From contig OZ246423.1 in the NCBI GenBank assembly GCA_965231215.1, forward strand, positions 832,001 through 896,000: a stretch of 64,000 nt of DNA, in the 5' to 3' direction. The position numbers and the translations under genes are program-made. Shown piece after piece: positions 32,018 through 41,784 of the stretch (positions within the stretch are counted from its first letter, which is position 1; each line of letters opens with the position of its first letter). Source of the stretch: Candidatus Altimarinota bacterium (GTDB lineage: Bacteria; Patescibacteriota; Gracilibacteria; UBA4473). The notes beneath the pieces were generated by a model. The model was not told the origin of the DNA. It made no database searches and was given only the letters and a program-made list of their open reading frames with translations.

Positions 32018-32959
32018 ATGGCACAACCACTTTTGGTGCTCGCCCCTATGGCGGGATATACTGAAAGTCCTTTTAGAAGGCTTATAAAAGAGATTGAACC
32101 TTCTACTATTTTGGTATCAGAATTAGTTTCGGCTGAAGCCCTGCGTCGGCGAAATGAAAAAACGTTCCGGATGATTGAGTTTGTAGAGGATGAAAGTCCT
32201 TTTTACGGAGTTCAGCTTTTTGGGAGCGAGGTCTCGGCCTTTGTTGAAGCGGCTAAAATAGTAGAAGAAATTGGGGCTGATTTTATTGACCTTAATTTAG
32301 GTTGTCCTTCCCCAAAAGTGGTAGGTTCTGGCCATGGATCGGCTTTGCTTCAAAACCCAGGGGCTACCGCCAAGATGATTGAAGCCCTGGTTAAATCTAC
32401 AAATCTTCCAGTAACGGTAAAAATGCGTCTGGGATTCTATGATGATTCAGGGCTTATTGATACCGCAAAAAGTTTTGAATCGGCGGGCATTTCGTGGTTG
32501 GCGATACATGGTCGAACTACCAAACAAAAATTTACCGGCAACGCTGACTGGACCAAAATTTATGAAGTAAAAGAACACCTCAATATTCCGGTTATTGGAA
32601 ACGGAGATGTCACTTCGGCCAAAATAGCTCAGCAGTGGCTCAAAAACTTAGATGGCATTATGATCGGACGAGCTAGTTGGCGAAATCCTTGGATTTTTAA
32701 ACAAACGAGAGAGATTTTTGAGGGAAAACCAGTTTCGCCAAAGCCAACTATGACAGACCAAATCAAGTTCTTTCAGCGACATGCCGATCTGGCCATTGAA
32801 TTCAAAGATGAAAAGTGGGCCATGATAGAATTGCGGAAACACTTTGCCCACTTCTGCAGAGGATTTAGAGGGGCTTCACAGTTCCGTGATAGACTCATCA
32901 AAGTTGAATCTAGAGCCGAAATGGAGCAAATTTTTTCAGAAATTTTAAGCGAGCTTTAG
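32018..32959 (+). CDS. dusB: tRNA-dihydrouridine synthase
   Basis: LAPMAG, QLFG, DLNLGCP, PVTVKMRLG, IHGRT, GNGDV. Confidence 0.92.
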   Translation: MAQPLLVLAPMAGYTESPFRRLIKEIEPSTILVSELVSAEALRRRNEKTFRMIEFVEDESPFYGVQLFGSEVSAFVEAAKIVEEIGADFIDLNLGCPSPKVVGSGHGSALLQNPGATAKMIEALVKSTNLPVTVKMRLGFYDDSGLIDTAKSFESAGISWLAIHGRTTKQKFTGNADWTKIYEVKEHLNIPVIGNGDVTSAKIAQQWLKNLDGIMIGRASWRNPWIFKQTREIFEGKPVSPKPTMTDQIKFFQRHADLAIEFKDEKWAMIELRKHFAHFCRGFRGASQFRDRLIKVESRAEMEQIFSEILSEL

Positions 32960-33036
32960 CTTAGTCTGGAAAAAGGAAAAGGGGTTGCAGTTTTGTGCTT
33001 TTTGTGGTACAATGGAGGGATAATTTTTATTTCTCT

Positions 33037-33384
33037 ATGAGCATTGCCAACTCTGTGCCTGAAAAGACTCATGTTCTAAGCCTCTTAGAACAATCAAAGC
33101 TGTTTGGTGATCGGCAGAAAAAATTTTTGAATTTAGCCTGGGATAAGCTCCCGAAAGCTAATCAAACTGAGCTTTTTTCGCTTTTAGAAAAAGAGACAGA
33201 ATACCACAAAAAACATGCTGAAGATCTAGAAAATAATTATCGAACACTTCTTCAGAATGCGATTGCTCGTTTGACTGGCGTGAAGCGCGTGGTTCAACGT
33301 CGTCTAATTTCTAGCTCGGAGAGCGTACAAGATTCTGCAAAGAATCCTGATCAAGAATTAATGGAAGCCTTAAAAGACCTCTAA
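33037..33384 (+). CDS. Small helical hypothetical protein
   Basis: ORF ends 3 nt before the next gene. Confidence 0.55.
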   Translation: MSIANSVPEKTHVLSLLEQSKLFGDRQKKFLNLAWDKLPKANQTELFSLLEKETEYHKKHAEDLENNYRTLLQNAIARLTGVKRVVQRRLISSSESVQDSAKNPDQELMEALKDL

Positions 33385-33387
33385 ATC

Positions 33388-36300
33388 ATGAATCAAAACA
33401 GCCCAGAAGAACGGTTTGCGAATGTGCTTAATAAAGTAGAATTTGAAAAGGCTGAAAATTTAGAAAAGGAATTTGCTCAGCTTCGAGAATCTCAAAAGGC
33501 CGTGGTTGCTGGAGACTCTGAGCTTCAAGCTTTGCTTGACAAGGCTCTTTTGGAGTCGATAGATAAATTGGAAGAAAAAATGTCTGGAGGTGAACTGCCT
33601 CGAGAGCTTATTGAACAGTTTTTAACTTTTTGGGAAAACCTCAACACGGTACCAGCTATTAGAGCCTTGGCTGCCGAGCAGGGATTGGACACCCAAGACG
33701 TGGCCGCTCCTGCTCCAGCAATGAGTATTGGTTTTTCTTTTGAGGTAACCGCGGCAGAAAATTTGAGAGATCCACTCAACCACAATACTCTTTTAGGTCG
33801 AGCTGAAGTGGGACAAATTTTCAAAGTTGTGGGGGAGTTGCCCGCGAGAGGTCAATATGAATATCGTTTGGTTGAGAATCAAAAGGGACAACGGTTTAAG
33901 ATTTGTATTAATGATGATCTTAAATACCGTCTGGCGGCTGAACCGGTTCGGGGAGATGGAAATGATGAAGATAAAGCCGAGTTAGTGTCAGCAGCACCTG
34001 AGCAAGTTGAAGCTCAGCCTTTTTCTGCTCAGGGAGTTGCGCCTGGTCAAAAAATACGGGTATCGGCAGCTGATACTTTAAGAACTTTAGATGGATCAAG
34101 ATCAGGAGTTGCACTTAACGTTGGTGATGAGGTCACGTTTGTGAAAGCTATGGAGGTCAGCTCAAAGGGGTATGAATACTGGGAAGTAGAAGTAAATGGT
34201 GAGCATTATAAGCTGTGTATTAACGATACGTTGGGAGGCACAATTTTATCTGATTCTGAGCGAGTGGTGTCTGGAGCTCAGGCGATTTATATTCCAGACT
34301 CCTCTGGAGGCACTTCTGTCCCGGAAGTTTCTGAAAGAGATCCTAAAACTGAAGCTTTGAGAAAAGCGAACTTGGAAGCATCGGAGTCACTTTTGTCAGA
34401 ACCATTAAGAGCGGTTTATACCGATTTGGTAAATCAAATTCAGGGTTTGAATATTGAAGATAAAAGCACTTTGGGAGCCTCTCCTGTGCACATTACTACG
34501 TTCCGAGGCAGACCAGAGATTTCCTCTGGAAGTTGGCGTAAAGCCGATACTTCATTGGTTTCTGAGACCTGGAATGATCTGACTTCAGAGCAGAGAAAAG
34601 AAGTGGTAGATATGGTCAATCTGTGGTGGAACAGTAATCACGCTGATCTGCTAGAGCCAGGAACCGAGAACCGTAATAGTTACATTACAGATTCGATTTT
34701 GCGATCGCAGTTTTCGGCTTTATCTGCTTCTCCAGAGGCCGAGAATGCAGGGAGCTTAGCCGATCAGGTGATAGAGGGTTTGGTCAACTATGCAGAGACT
34801 AATCTAAATGGAAGATCGGTTTCTTTGGTGGCGGAGGGGTTCCAATTATTAACGGCTAAGATGGGAGCCGAGTACGGAACTAAACTGGCTCAAGCGGTTA
34901 AATCTAATCCTAAAATTGCAATTAGTGAGTTGTATAGCAATTTTTGTGAGGCGGTTGGTAGTGTTGAGACCTCGGCCAATATTCAGGACTTAATTAATGG
35001 CGTTAATTTTTCTGAACTCGGAATCCCGGCTACCTCAAGACCCTTTGTCGTTTCGGGGGATAACTTGGTATACATGGCTAGGACAGGAAAAGTTCAGATT
35101 GATTTAGGCGGCCAGTGGCCAGGGTTGTCAGTAGTAGACAAAGCCGCTGTAATTGGAGGACTAAATGATAAGATTCAGGTTCATGCCAATCGGTACGATC
35201 GATTTGAGGAGGCTTTAGCTAAAGATATTTTAGATCTGTTTAGTGATTATAGTGTAACAGACGCAACTCAAGCGGTTCTGGCTCGTTTACGGCAAGAACC
35301 AAATTTTTTGAATACGTTGCCAGCGGATCGTCAGGACGAGGCTGCCTGTGCCGCTTTTCTGACTCGTTATTTTGATAATGTTTATGGATCAAGGTTTTCT
35401 AGCTTCTCTAATTTAGGAGGAAAGAACGCTTGGGAATATGCTAAGACGCTCATTGATTCTGGCTATGGAAACATGGGGACCGATATTTCTTCTTTTTACA
35501 ATATTGATTCTGTTCGAGCCCAAAACGAAAAAGATAAATCAGCGATTACGCTTGATGATGGCTCACCAGAGTTCCAGGCGAAAATGGAGGAATTTATGCA
35601 GAGCGCTTTTGATCCACAGGCCAATGGTGGAGTAGTAACGTTCCACTATCGATTAACCAGTGCTAATGATAATATTGTTAACACGCCTCATGCTTCTCCG
35701 AATTCTCATGTGACGACTTCTCTGGGCGAAAAAAGTTATGAAGTTGCTTCTACAGGGCGGGCAGTTACTGCTGAGTTAATGCGGTATTTTGCTCAGAAAA
35801 TTGGCCGTCATAGTGTTGGAAAACCAGAATATCTGCAGTATCTGAAAAATGTTAAGGCTGGTGATACACCGCTGATCTACGATTCTTCGAAAGGTGATTT
35901 CGTGGGACCGGATGGAAAAGTCTTCCGTCCACAATCTGGAGAACCTATTACCTTTGATGATGTTGAATTGGCTCATTTTTATCATAAGCACCCAGATGAC
36001 GCAGACCCGGTACGAAGAGATGGATTGGTGGCGCTTATGTCAACAGGGCTGTTTGAGCCGGTTCAGGTGATCAACCTAAATCCTGATGCGGTATCTGTGC
36101 CACCAGCCGGGCGACAATTTAACGAAAGTTTTGTGACGTCTGTTCATCATTCAGAAAAACCAATGAGTCAGACAGATATTGAATCGCTGTATCGACAAGA
36201 ATATGAATCGCTCCTATCTAAACAACCAGGAGGCTCTGAAACCGTTGATTCCTTGGTTGAAAAATCAATGCAATACCTAACTGAAAATTTATACCAAAGT

Positions 36301-36390
36301 ATTTTGGCTCGATCAGATGATCCGACTGAAAAAGTATTTCCGGCAGATTCTCCGCTGCCCATTATAGATTGGAGACAAAAACCTGTTTAG
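33388..36390 (+). CDS. Large protein with two SH3b-like repeats and a putative CHAP/NlpC-like Cys-His domain
   Basis: Repeats of NLR/TLR...G...V...YEY...CIND; CAAF...NAW...SHV. Confidence 0.5.
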   Translation: MNQNSPEERFANVLNKVEFEKAENLEKEFAQLRESQKAVVAGDSELQALLDKALLESIDKLEEKMSGGELPRELIEQFLTFWENLNTVPAIRALAAEQGLDTQDVAAPAPAMSIGFSFEVTAAENLRDPLNHNTLLGRAEVGQIFKVVGELPARGQYEYRLVENQKGQRFKICINDDLKYRLAAEPVRGDGNDEDKAELVSAAPEQVEAQPFSAQGVAPGQKIRVSAADTLRTLDGSRSGVALNVGDEVTFVKAMEVSSKGYEYWEVEVNGEHYKLCINDTLGGTILSDSERVVSGAQAIYIPDSSGGTSVPEVSERDPKTEALRKANLEASESLLSEPLRAVYTDLVNQIQGLNIEDKSTLGASPVHITTFRGRPEISSGSWRKADTSLVSETWNDLTSEQRKEVVDMVNLWWNSNHADLLEPGTENRNSYITDSILRSQFSALSASPEAENAGSLADQVIEGLVNYAETNLNGRSVSLVAEGFQLLTAKMGAEYGTKLAQAVKSNPKIAISELYSNFCEAVGSVETSANIQDLINGVNFSELGIPATSRPFVVSGDNLVYMARTGKVQIDLGGQWPGLSVVDKAAVIGGLNDKIQVHANRYDRFEEALAKDILDLFSDYSVTDATQAVLARLRQEPNFLNTLPADRQDEAACAAFLTRYFDNVYGSRFSSFSNLGGKNAWEYAKTLIDSGYGNMGTDISSFYNIDSVRAQNEKDKSAITLDDGSPEFQAKMEEFMQSAFDPQANGGVVTFHYRLTSANDNIVNTPHASPNSHVTTSLGEKSYEVASTGRAVTAELMRYFAQKIGRHSVGKPEYLQYLKNVKAGDTPLIYDSSKGDFVGPDGKVFRPQSGEPITFDDVELAHFYHKHPDDADPVRRDGLVALMSTGLFEPVQVINLNPDAVSVPPAGRQFNESFVTSVHHSEKPMSQTDIESLYRQEYESLLSKQPGGSETVDSLVEKSMQYLTENLYQSILARSDDPTEKVFPADSPLPIIDWRQKPV

Positions 36391-36404
36391 TAAATTAAAA
36401 ACTC

Positions 36405-37565
36405 ATGTCTAACGAGTATTCACCATCGAATTCAGAAAACCCTCATGATTCAGAGAGAGATAAGGCTTGCGCTGAATTTAGTGCTGAGTGTGCAGATTTG
36501 AGTTCGAGTATTTCGATGGCTAGTACTCAACCAGAAATGAGTGAAGCTTTTAGAGATAACATAAGTTATATTAAGCCTTTTATTGAAGATAAAGTTGATC
36601 TGTCTTATCCGAAGGCCCCTTCTCCGAGGGAAGCCGCGATTCTATTGCAGCCTGAGACGGCTAGAATGGTAGCGACTCTTTTTCAACATTTAGAGGCCGA
36701 AGGTTATCCGAAGTGGTTAATTGATGGAGCGGTGACTATTACTAGTACAGTTCGATCTAAAGAATATACTAATCATATTTATGATCAGTATATTGCTGAG
36801 GCCAAAGCGGCCGGAGATACGGCTACCGCTAATCGTTGGAAAAGGATTAAGGCTCGTCTAGCTAGTGGAGCTCAATTATCTCATACAACGGGGAGAAAGG
36901 TGGACATTGTTGTTTCTCAGAGAAGATTGAATTCTTTGAGTGAGTTTTGGAACCCGAACGGTATTTTCGCGTCTGTAGAAAATTTCTTTAAATCTGGAAA
37001 AGCTTCAGGTTTTAATGCCGATTTTCATGCTGGTCACTTTGATATTTATCCGACCACTCCTAATCCTCGGGACATTCCCTTTGAAACTGACGCCGACATT
37101 AATAATGCTATTGCCGCTCGTAATAACACTTCGCAGAGAAGGGCCTCAGGTAATTATGTAGCAGAGGCGTCTCAAGGCGTTCCGGTGGTGGCCGATTCTG
37201 TTGAACCTGAAGGAGCAGGGCCAGCGGATAAAGTTAGTTTATTCGCTGGACAGGTTGAACCAAAAGGTTCGTCGATAGTTGAGGGAAAAGACCTTCATCG
37301 ATCAGTGATAGTTGATTCTAGAGTCGTTCAAACTCGGCTTAATCTAAGAGATATAGATAATCCAAATAAGGTATTACAGAAGGCTAAAGCTAATGATGTT
37401 TTTGAGTGTTCTCAACCCCCAGCGGTTAAGACTGGTAAAGAATTAGGTCTTGCTGATGAGGATCTTGCTGATCTTAAATTTGTATGTCTTAAGTCTTCGA
37501 AAGGAAAAGTTTGGGCTTGGCTTGATGCTTTTAAACAGGAAGAAGGACCAACAGCAGTTGCTTAG
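36405..37565 (+). CDS. Peptidase M15-like Zn peptidase with a C-terminal SH3b-like domain
   Basis: ITSTVRS, SHTTGRKVD, GHFD; LNLRD...VLQKAKANDVF. Confidence 0.55.
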   Translation: MSNEYSPSNSENPHDSERDKACAEFSAECADLSSSISMASTQPEMSEAFRDNISYIKPFIEDKVDLSYPKAPSPREAAILLQPETARMVATLFQHLEAEGYPKWLIDGAVTITSTVRSKEYTNHIYDQYIAEAKAAGDTATANRWKRIKARLASGAQLSHTTGRKVDIVVSQRRLNSLSEFWNPNGIFASVENFFKSGKASGFNADFHAGHFDIYPTTPNPRDIPFETDADINNAIAARNNTSQRRASGNYVAEASQGVPVVADSVEPEGAGPADKVSLFAGQVEPKGSSIVEGKDLHRSVIVDSRVVQTRLNLRDIDNPNKVLQKAKANDVFECSQPPAVKTGKELGLADEDLADLKFVCLKSSKGKVWAWLDAFKQEEGPTAVA

Positions 37566-37664
37566 TTTTTATTTAGAAGCCTCGCTTCTTGATCTTTGTT
37601 CAGTTCGGTCTTGAGATTTTTATTTCAATCCGCATAATTTGGGGGATTTTTCCTTGAATTTTTT

Positions 37665-40301
37665 ATGTCTGAAGAAAACCATCTGATTACCGAACGAAAA
37701 GCTAAAATACAGGCCTGGAATGATCTAGGTTTTCCTGGGTATGCCAAAGATTTTGAACGCACTCACACAGCAGCTGAAGCCGTTGAAGACATAAAATCTA
37801 ATGAAGGCGCCTTGCGCGAGGCTCCAGCCATTATGGCTAAACCTCAGCAGGCTCGATCTATGGCCGGTCGTATTGTGGCGAGCCGTGAGATGGGGAAGTT
37901 GGCCTTCCTCAAAATTCGGGATGTATCAGGGAATTTTCAGATTTGTTTGGCCCAAGATTTATTAGGAGCTAATTTCAAAGCGTTATTAAAAGCGTTAGAT
38001 TTGGGAGATTACTGTGGTTTTGCCGGAGAGTTCTTCACGACCAAAAACGGAGAACCTACCCTTATGGCGGTGGAAGTGACGCCTCTTTCAAAGTCGCTAC
38101 GACCGCTGCCCGAAAAATGGCATGGATTAACAGACAAAGAACACTGTTACCGAGAAAGAAACTTAGATCTAATTTCAAATCAAGAATCATTTAAACGGTT
38201 TAAGATTCGGAGTGAAGTGGTAAAAGCCGTACGTAATTTTTATGAAGCACGGGACTTTATAGAAGTGGAAACCTCTATCTTGCAAGCTCAAGCTGGAGGC
38301 GCTATGGCCAAAACCTTTGAAACGCATCACAATGCCTTGGATCATAATTTTCATCTGCGGATTGCGCTAGAACTACCGCTCAAAATAGCCTGCTCAGGAG
38401 GATTTGAACGCATCTTTGAAATCGGAAAATGTTTTCGGAATGAAGGAACCGATCCGTCTCATTTGCAGGAATTTACCATGCTTGAATGGTATGCGGCCTA
38501 CGTCAGCTTTGAACAAAACATGGAATGGAATGAGCAAATGCTGCGTGAAATTGCGACCAAAGTTTTTGGCAAAACGGTTTTCACCGTCAAAGACAAAAAT
38601 GAAACAGATCATGAGATTGATTTTGAAAAGCCCTTCGCCAAGAAACGTTTTGCTGATCTACTCAAAGAGTACGCTGACTTTGATATGTTTAGCGCGAGTG
38701 ATGATGAGGTTCGGGCTAAAGCGGCGGAAGTAGGCGTGGAACAAATCGATGGAGTGGGACGAGCTAATTTGCTCGATGATATCTATAAAAAAACCGCTCG
38801 GCCAAATCTGATTCAGCCAACTTTTGTGTTAGATTACCCAGAAGATCTCAAACCTTTAGCTGCTCCAAACGGAGACGGAACGGCCAGCTGTTTCCAAGTG
38901 CTCATTGCCGGGTGGGAGGTGATTAATGCCTATGGAGAATTGATTGATCCACAAATCCAAAGAGCCTTGTTGGAAAAACAAGCCGAATTCAAAGCCAGTG
39001 GAGACGATGAAGCTATGGAGGTAGATGAAGTTTTTCTCAAAGCCATGGAACACGGATTCCCGCCAATGGCTGGGCAAGGAATGGGGATTGATAGAATTGT
39101 GACCCTGCTTACCGGACAAGACAATCTCCGAGAAGTAGTACTCTTCCCAACGATGCGTCCAGAAACGGGTAAACAAGATAAGGAAACCAAGCTCGCTACA
39201 GCTATTATCAATACCGATCTGATATCTGAAGACTGGCAGGCGCTCAACTCTGTGGGGCATCTGTGTGCGGCCTTTGGAGCGAGAGAAGGAAAATCTCTGT
39301 TCTATCAAGACGAAGTAGAAACCAAAGACGGAAAGACCATTAAACTTAACACCACTCAGGCCATTATGATTAAGGGATGTGACAAAAATCTATCCCTCAT
39401 TGACCTAGCTCAAAAAGCGAAAGCACAAGGATTGCAAGTAGCTGAATTTACCCGAGAAATGCTAGCAACATCAGATGACGCTAAAGTGGCCGAAATTACC
39501 AAAACTAAAAACCTATCTGAGATAGATTTTTACGGCATATTAGTATTTGGTAAAAAATCTGTAGTGGAGAATATGACTAAGGAGTTTGAACTATTAAGAA
39601 GCTTAGAAAATGCTTCCACTAGTCATCCCCATGAAGATGGGGATCCAGATAATAAGAATTCCGATTTAGAAGTAGATTCCCGTATGCACGGAAATGACAA
39701 TTCAGGAGGCGGTTTTGAAATTTTCGATGGAGAATTTGATAGGGATAAAGCTTGGAAGATGGTTAAGTCCCGATGTGATTGGGCCCTCCAAAGACACTTG
39801 GCTCATGTGGCGGTCAGTATGGAAGCTTTAGCGGTGCATCTAGGACACCAAGACCAAAAGGAAACCTGGTACTTAACGGGGCTGCTACATGATATTGACT
39901 GGAATCAAACTATTGAAACGCCAGAACTTCATTGTGGCGAACCTACCATGCAGTACCTGGAAGCCAACGGAGTGCCAGAAGTAATCTACAGAGGAATTCA
40001 ATCTCATCACGAAATCTTTGATCTTCCAATAGATTCAGATCTGCGGAAAGGGCTTTTAGCCGTCGATGAAATCTCTGGATTTGCCGTAGCCGTAGCCCAA
40101 ATGCGCCCCACCAAAATGGAGGGAATTTCACCAAAATCCATTACCAAAAAAATGAAAGACAAGCAGTTTGCAGCTAGCGTAAGCCGTGAGCATATGAAAT
40201 ACTGTGAGCCTTATTTTAACATCCCCGTATCAGAATTTTTACAGATCCTCATTCCCGCCTGGGAGGCTATTGCTCAAGACTGGAAGTTAGTAGGCGAATA
40301 G
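37665..40301 (+). CDS. lysS: Class II lysyl-tRNA synthetase fused to DUF2000-like and HD-hydrolase domains
   Basis: LRPLPEKWHGL, FRNEG, GMGIDR...VVLFP; then WQALNSVGHL; then LLHDID...DEISG...RP. Confidence 0.92.
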   Translation: MSEENHLITERKAKIQAWNDLGFPGYAKDFERTHTAAEAVEDIKSNEGALREAPAIMAKPQQARSMAGRIVASREMGKLAFLKIRDVSGNFQICLAQDLLGANFKALLKALDLGDYCGFAGEFFTTKNGEPTLMAVEVTPLSKSLRPLPEKWHGLTDKEHCYRERNLDLISNQESFKRFKIRSEVVKAVRNFYEARDFIEVETSILQAQAGGAMAKTFETHHNALDHNFHLRIALELPLKIACSGGFERIFEIGKCFRNEGTDPSHLQEFTMLEWYAAYVSFEQNMEWNEQMLREIATKVFGKTVFTVKDKNETDHEIDFEKPFAKKRFADLLKEYADFDMFSASDDEVRAKAAEVGVEQIDGVGRANLLDDIYKKTARPNLIQPTFVLDYPEDLKPLAAPNGDGTASCFQVLIAGWEVINAYGELIDPQIQRALLEKQAEFKASGDDEAMEVDEVFLKAMEHGFPPMAGQGMGIDRIVTLLTGQDNLREVVLFPTMRPETGKQDKETKLATAIINTDLISEDWQALNSVGHLCAAFGAREGKSLFYQDEVETKDGKTIKLNTTQAIMIKGCDKNLSLIDLAQKAKAQGLQVAEFTREMLATSDDAKVAEITKTKNLSEIDFYGILVFGKKSVVENMTKEFELLRSLENASTSHPHEDGDPDNKNSDLEVDSRMHGNDNSGGGFEIFDGEFDRDKAWKMVKSRCDWALQRHLAHVAVSMEALAVHLGHQDQKETWYLTGLLHDIDWNQTIETPELHCGEPTMQYLEANGVPEVIYRGIQSHHEIFDLPIDSDLRKGLLAVDEISGFAVAVAQMRPTKMEGISPKSITKKMKDKQFAASVSREHMKYCEPYFNIPVSEFLQILIPAWEAIAQDWKLVGE
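39622..39698. repeat. Palindromic REP/RPE-like element lying in frame within lysS
   Basis: GTCATCCCCATGAAGATGGGGATCCA...TAGATTCCCGTATGCACGGAAATGAC. Confidence 0.75.
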
Positions 40302-40487
40302 TTTGGGATTTTGAATTTTGCCACGTAGAATATTGTTCTCTGTTAGATTAACAAACGTTTTGGATCAGGTGTTCTGCGAGATACCTACTCCGACATTAAG
40401 TTGCTTGGGCTTTCACTGTCTAGCTTTAGAGCCTGAATTTTTGTCACGACAAAATTTTGTAGACGTATACAATGGGCATAAACACAC

Positions 40488-41597
40488 ATGAAGAAATTAG
40501 TTCTAAGTTTAGGGATTCTATTATTGCCACTTCAGGTATTGGCTGAAGTAGAGCTTTTTCAGTTGGTTATGTTTGATTGGGAGGGAGAAACTAAAAAACT
40601 AAAACTGGTTTCACTGGGTTCAGGAACCTCTATTGGGAAGGATCTTATTATCACCAATAAGCATGTAGTAGAAATTAATGATGAGCCAGCGGATCTTATT
40701 CTACTCTGTCAGGCCAAACAAAAAGCCACGCACAAGGTAGAGTGTAATATCCCAGCAGGAATCTCGATCCTCCATAGAGACTTTGATGTGGCGCTGGTAA
40801 AACCTATTGTTTCAGGAGCTTTTATTCCTCAAGTACGAACCTCTACCGCCATTAAAAGAAAGGGAGATGTGGTGCGAATTGTTGGATTCCCAGCCCCAGA
40901 CGGACAACGGCAAAATTTTGGAGGCCAAGCGACCCTGAACGCCTTTAAAACCTGGGAAGCCGATCCGACCACACCACTGCAAATACGAGGCGATAAACCT
41001 ACCATTACCCGTGGAGAAATCTTGGCGCGGTATAAACTAGAAAATACGGGAGAAACCTTTGCGCTGACTTCAGCCAAAGTGAATTTTGGAAACTCAGGTG
41101 GAGCCGCGTTTGATCAGTTTGGAGATTTTGTTGGGATTCCTTCTTTAAAAGATCGCGAAGGAAATGCCTTTATATTAGAGTACGCCCAAATCTATGATTG
41201 GGTGAATAAAAATTCAGCTAAAAAACCTCAGTTTGATCAGGACGCATTGAATTTTTATAACCAGATATCGAACGCTAAAGCCGCTTCTAAATCCAGCCGT
41301 TGGGCAGGAAGACTTAATAATAAAAGCAGTTCTGCTACCACTGCTACTACTTCAAAGTCAGACCTCAGGGCCAAGCTAAGAGCTCGGTTGCTCGCGCGTA
41401 AAAATGGAATTTCTACCAGCGTTCAAAGTTCTAACACTACCACTAGTAGGGCGAGGCAGAGTTTGAGAGAGCGGCTCAAGGCCCGTTTAGCCGCTAAGCG
41501 AGCACAACTAAAGGCGTCTAAACATAATACAATTTCAACGAATCGATATAACCGGTCTTATTATTTCAATCAGTACCGCCAAGATTTAGCGGATTAG
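40488..41597 (+). CDS. Secreted trypsin-like serine protease with an Arg/Lys-rich tail
   Basis: Signal peptide; TNKHVV, DVALV and GNSGG catalytic triad. Confidence 0.85.
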   Translation: MKKLVLSLGILLLPLQVLAEVELFQLVMFDWEGETKKLKLVSLGSGTSIGKDLIITNKHVVEINDEPADLILLCQAKQKATHKVECNIPAGISILHRDFDVALVKPIVSGAFIPQVRTSTAIKRKGDVVRIVGFPAPDGQRQNFGGQATLNAFKTWEADPTTPLQIRGDKPTITRGEILARYKLENTGETFALTSAKVNFGNSGGAAFDQFGDFVGIPSLKDREGNAFILEYAQIYDWVNKNSAKKPQFDQDALNFYNQISNAKAASKSSRWAGRLNNKSSSATTATTSKSDLRAKLRARLLARKNGISTSVQSSNTTTSRARQSLRERLKARLAAKRAQLKASKHNTISTNRYNRSYYFNQYRQDLAD

Positions 41598-41648
41598 CCT
41601 TTTATTTATCAGTTTTTGTGGGGTTTCTAAAAAAGCTCACAAAAGTCC

Positions 41649-41676
41649 TTGACACTCGGTACTAGATTCATATTAT
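41649..41676 (+). promoter_or_regulatory. Promoter of the rplP-rplO operon
   Basis: TTGACA-16 bp-TATTAT followed by CGGCCGG. Confidence 0.75.
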
Positions 41677-41681
41677 CGGCC

Positions 41682-41758
41682 GGCTTTAATACGGTATTGC
41701 TACGGACATTACACGTTTTAGCAGCGATCCAAATTTACAGGGGTCAACTATTAAAGCC
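41682..41758 (+). ncRNA. Candidate three-way-junction 5' leader of rplP
   Basis: GGCTTTAATA/TATTAAAGCC closing stem plus two inner hairpins. Confidence 0.55.
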
Positions 41759-41784
41759 AATTCGTTTAGTGCTTTTATTTAGCT

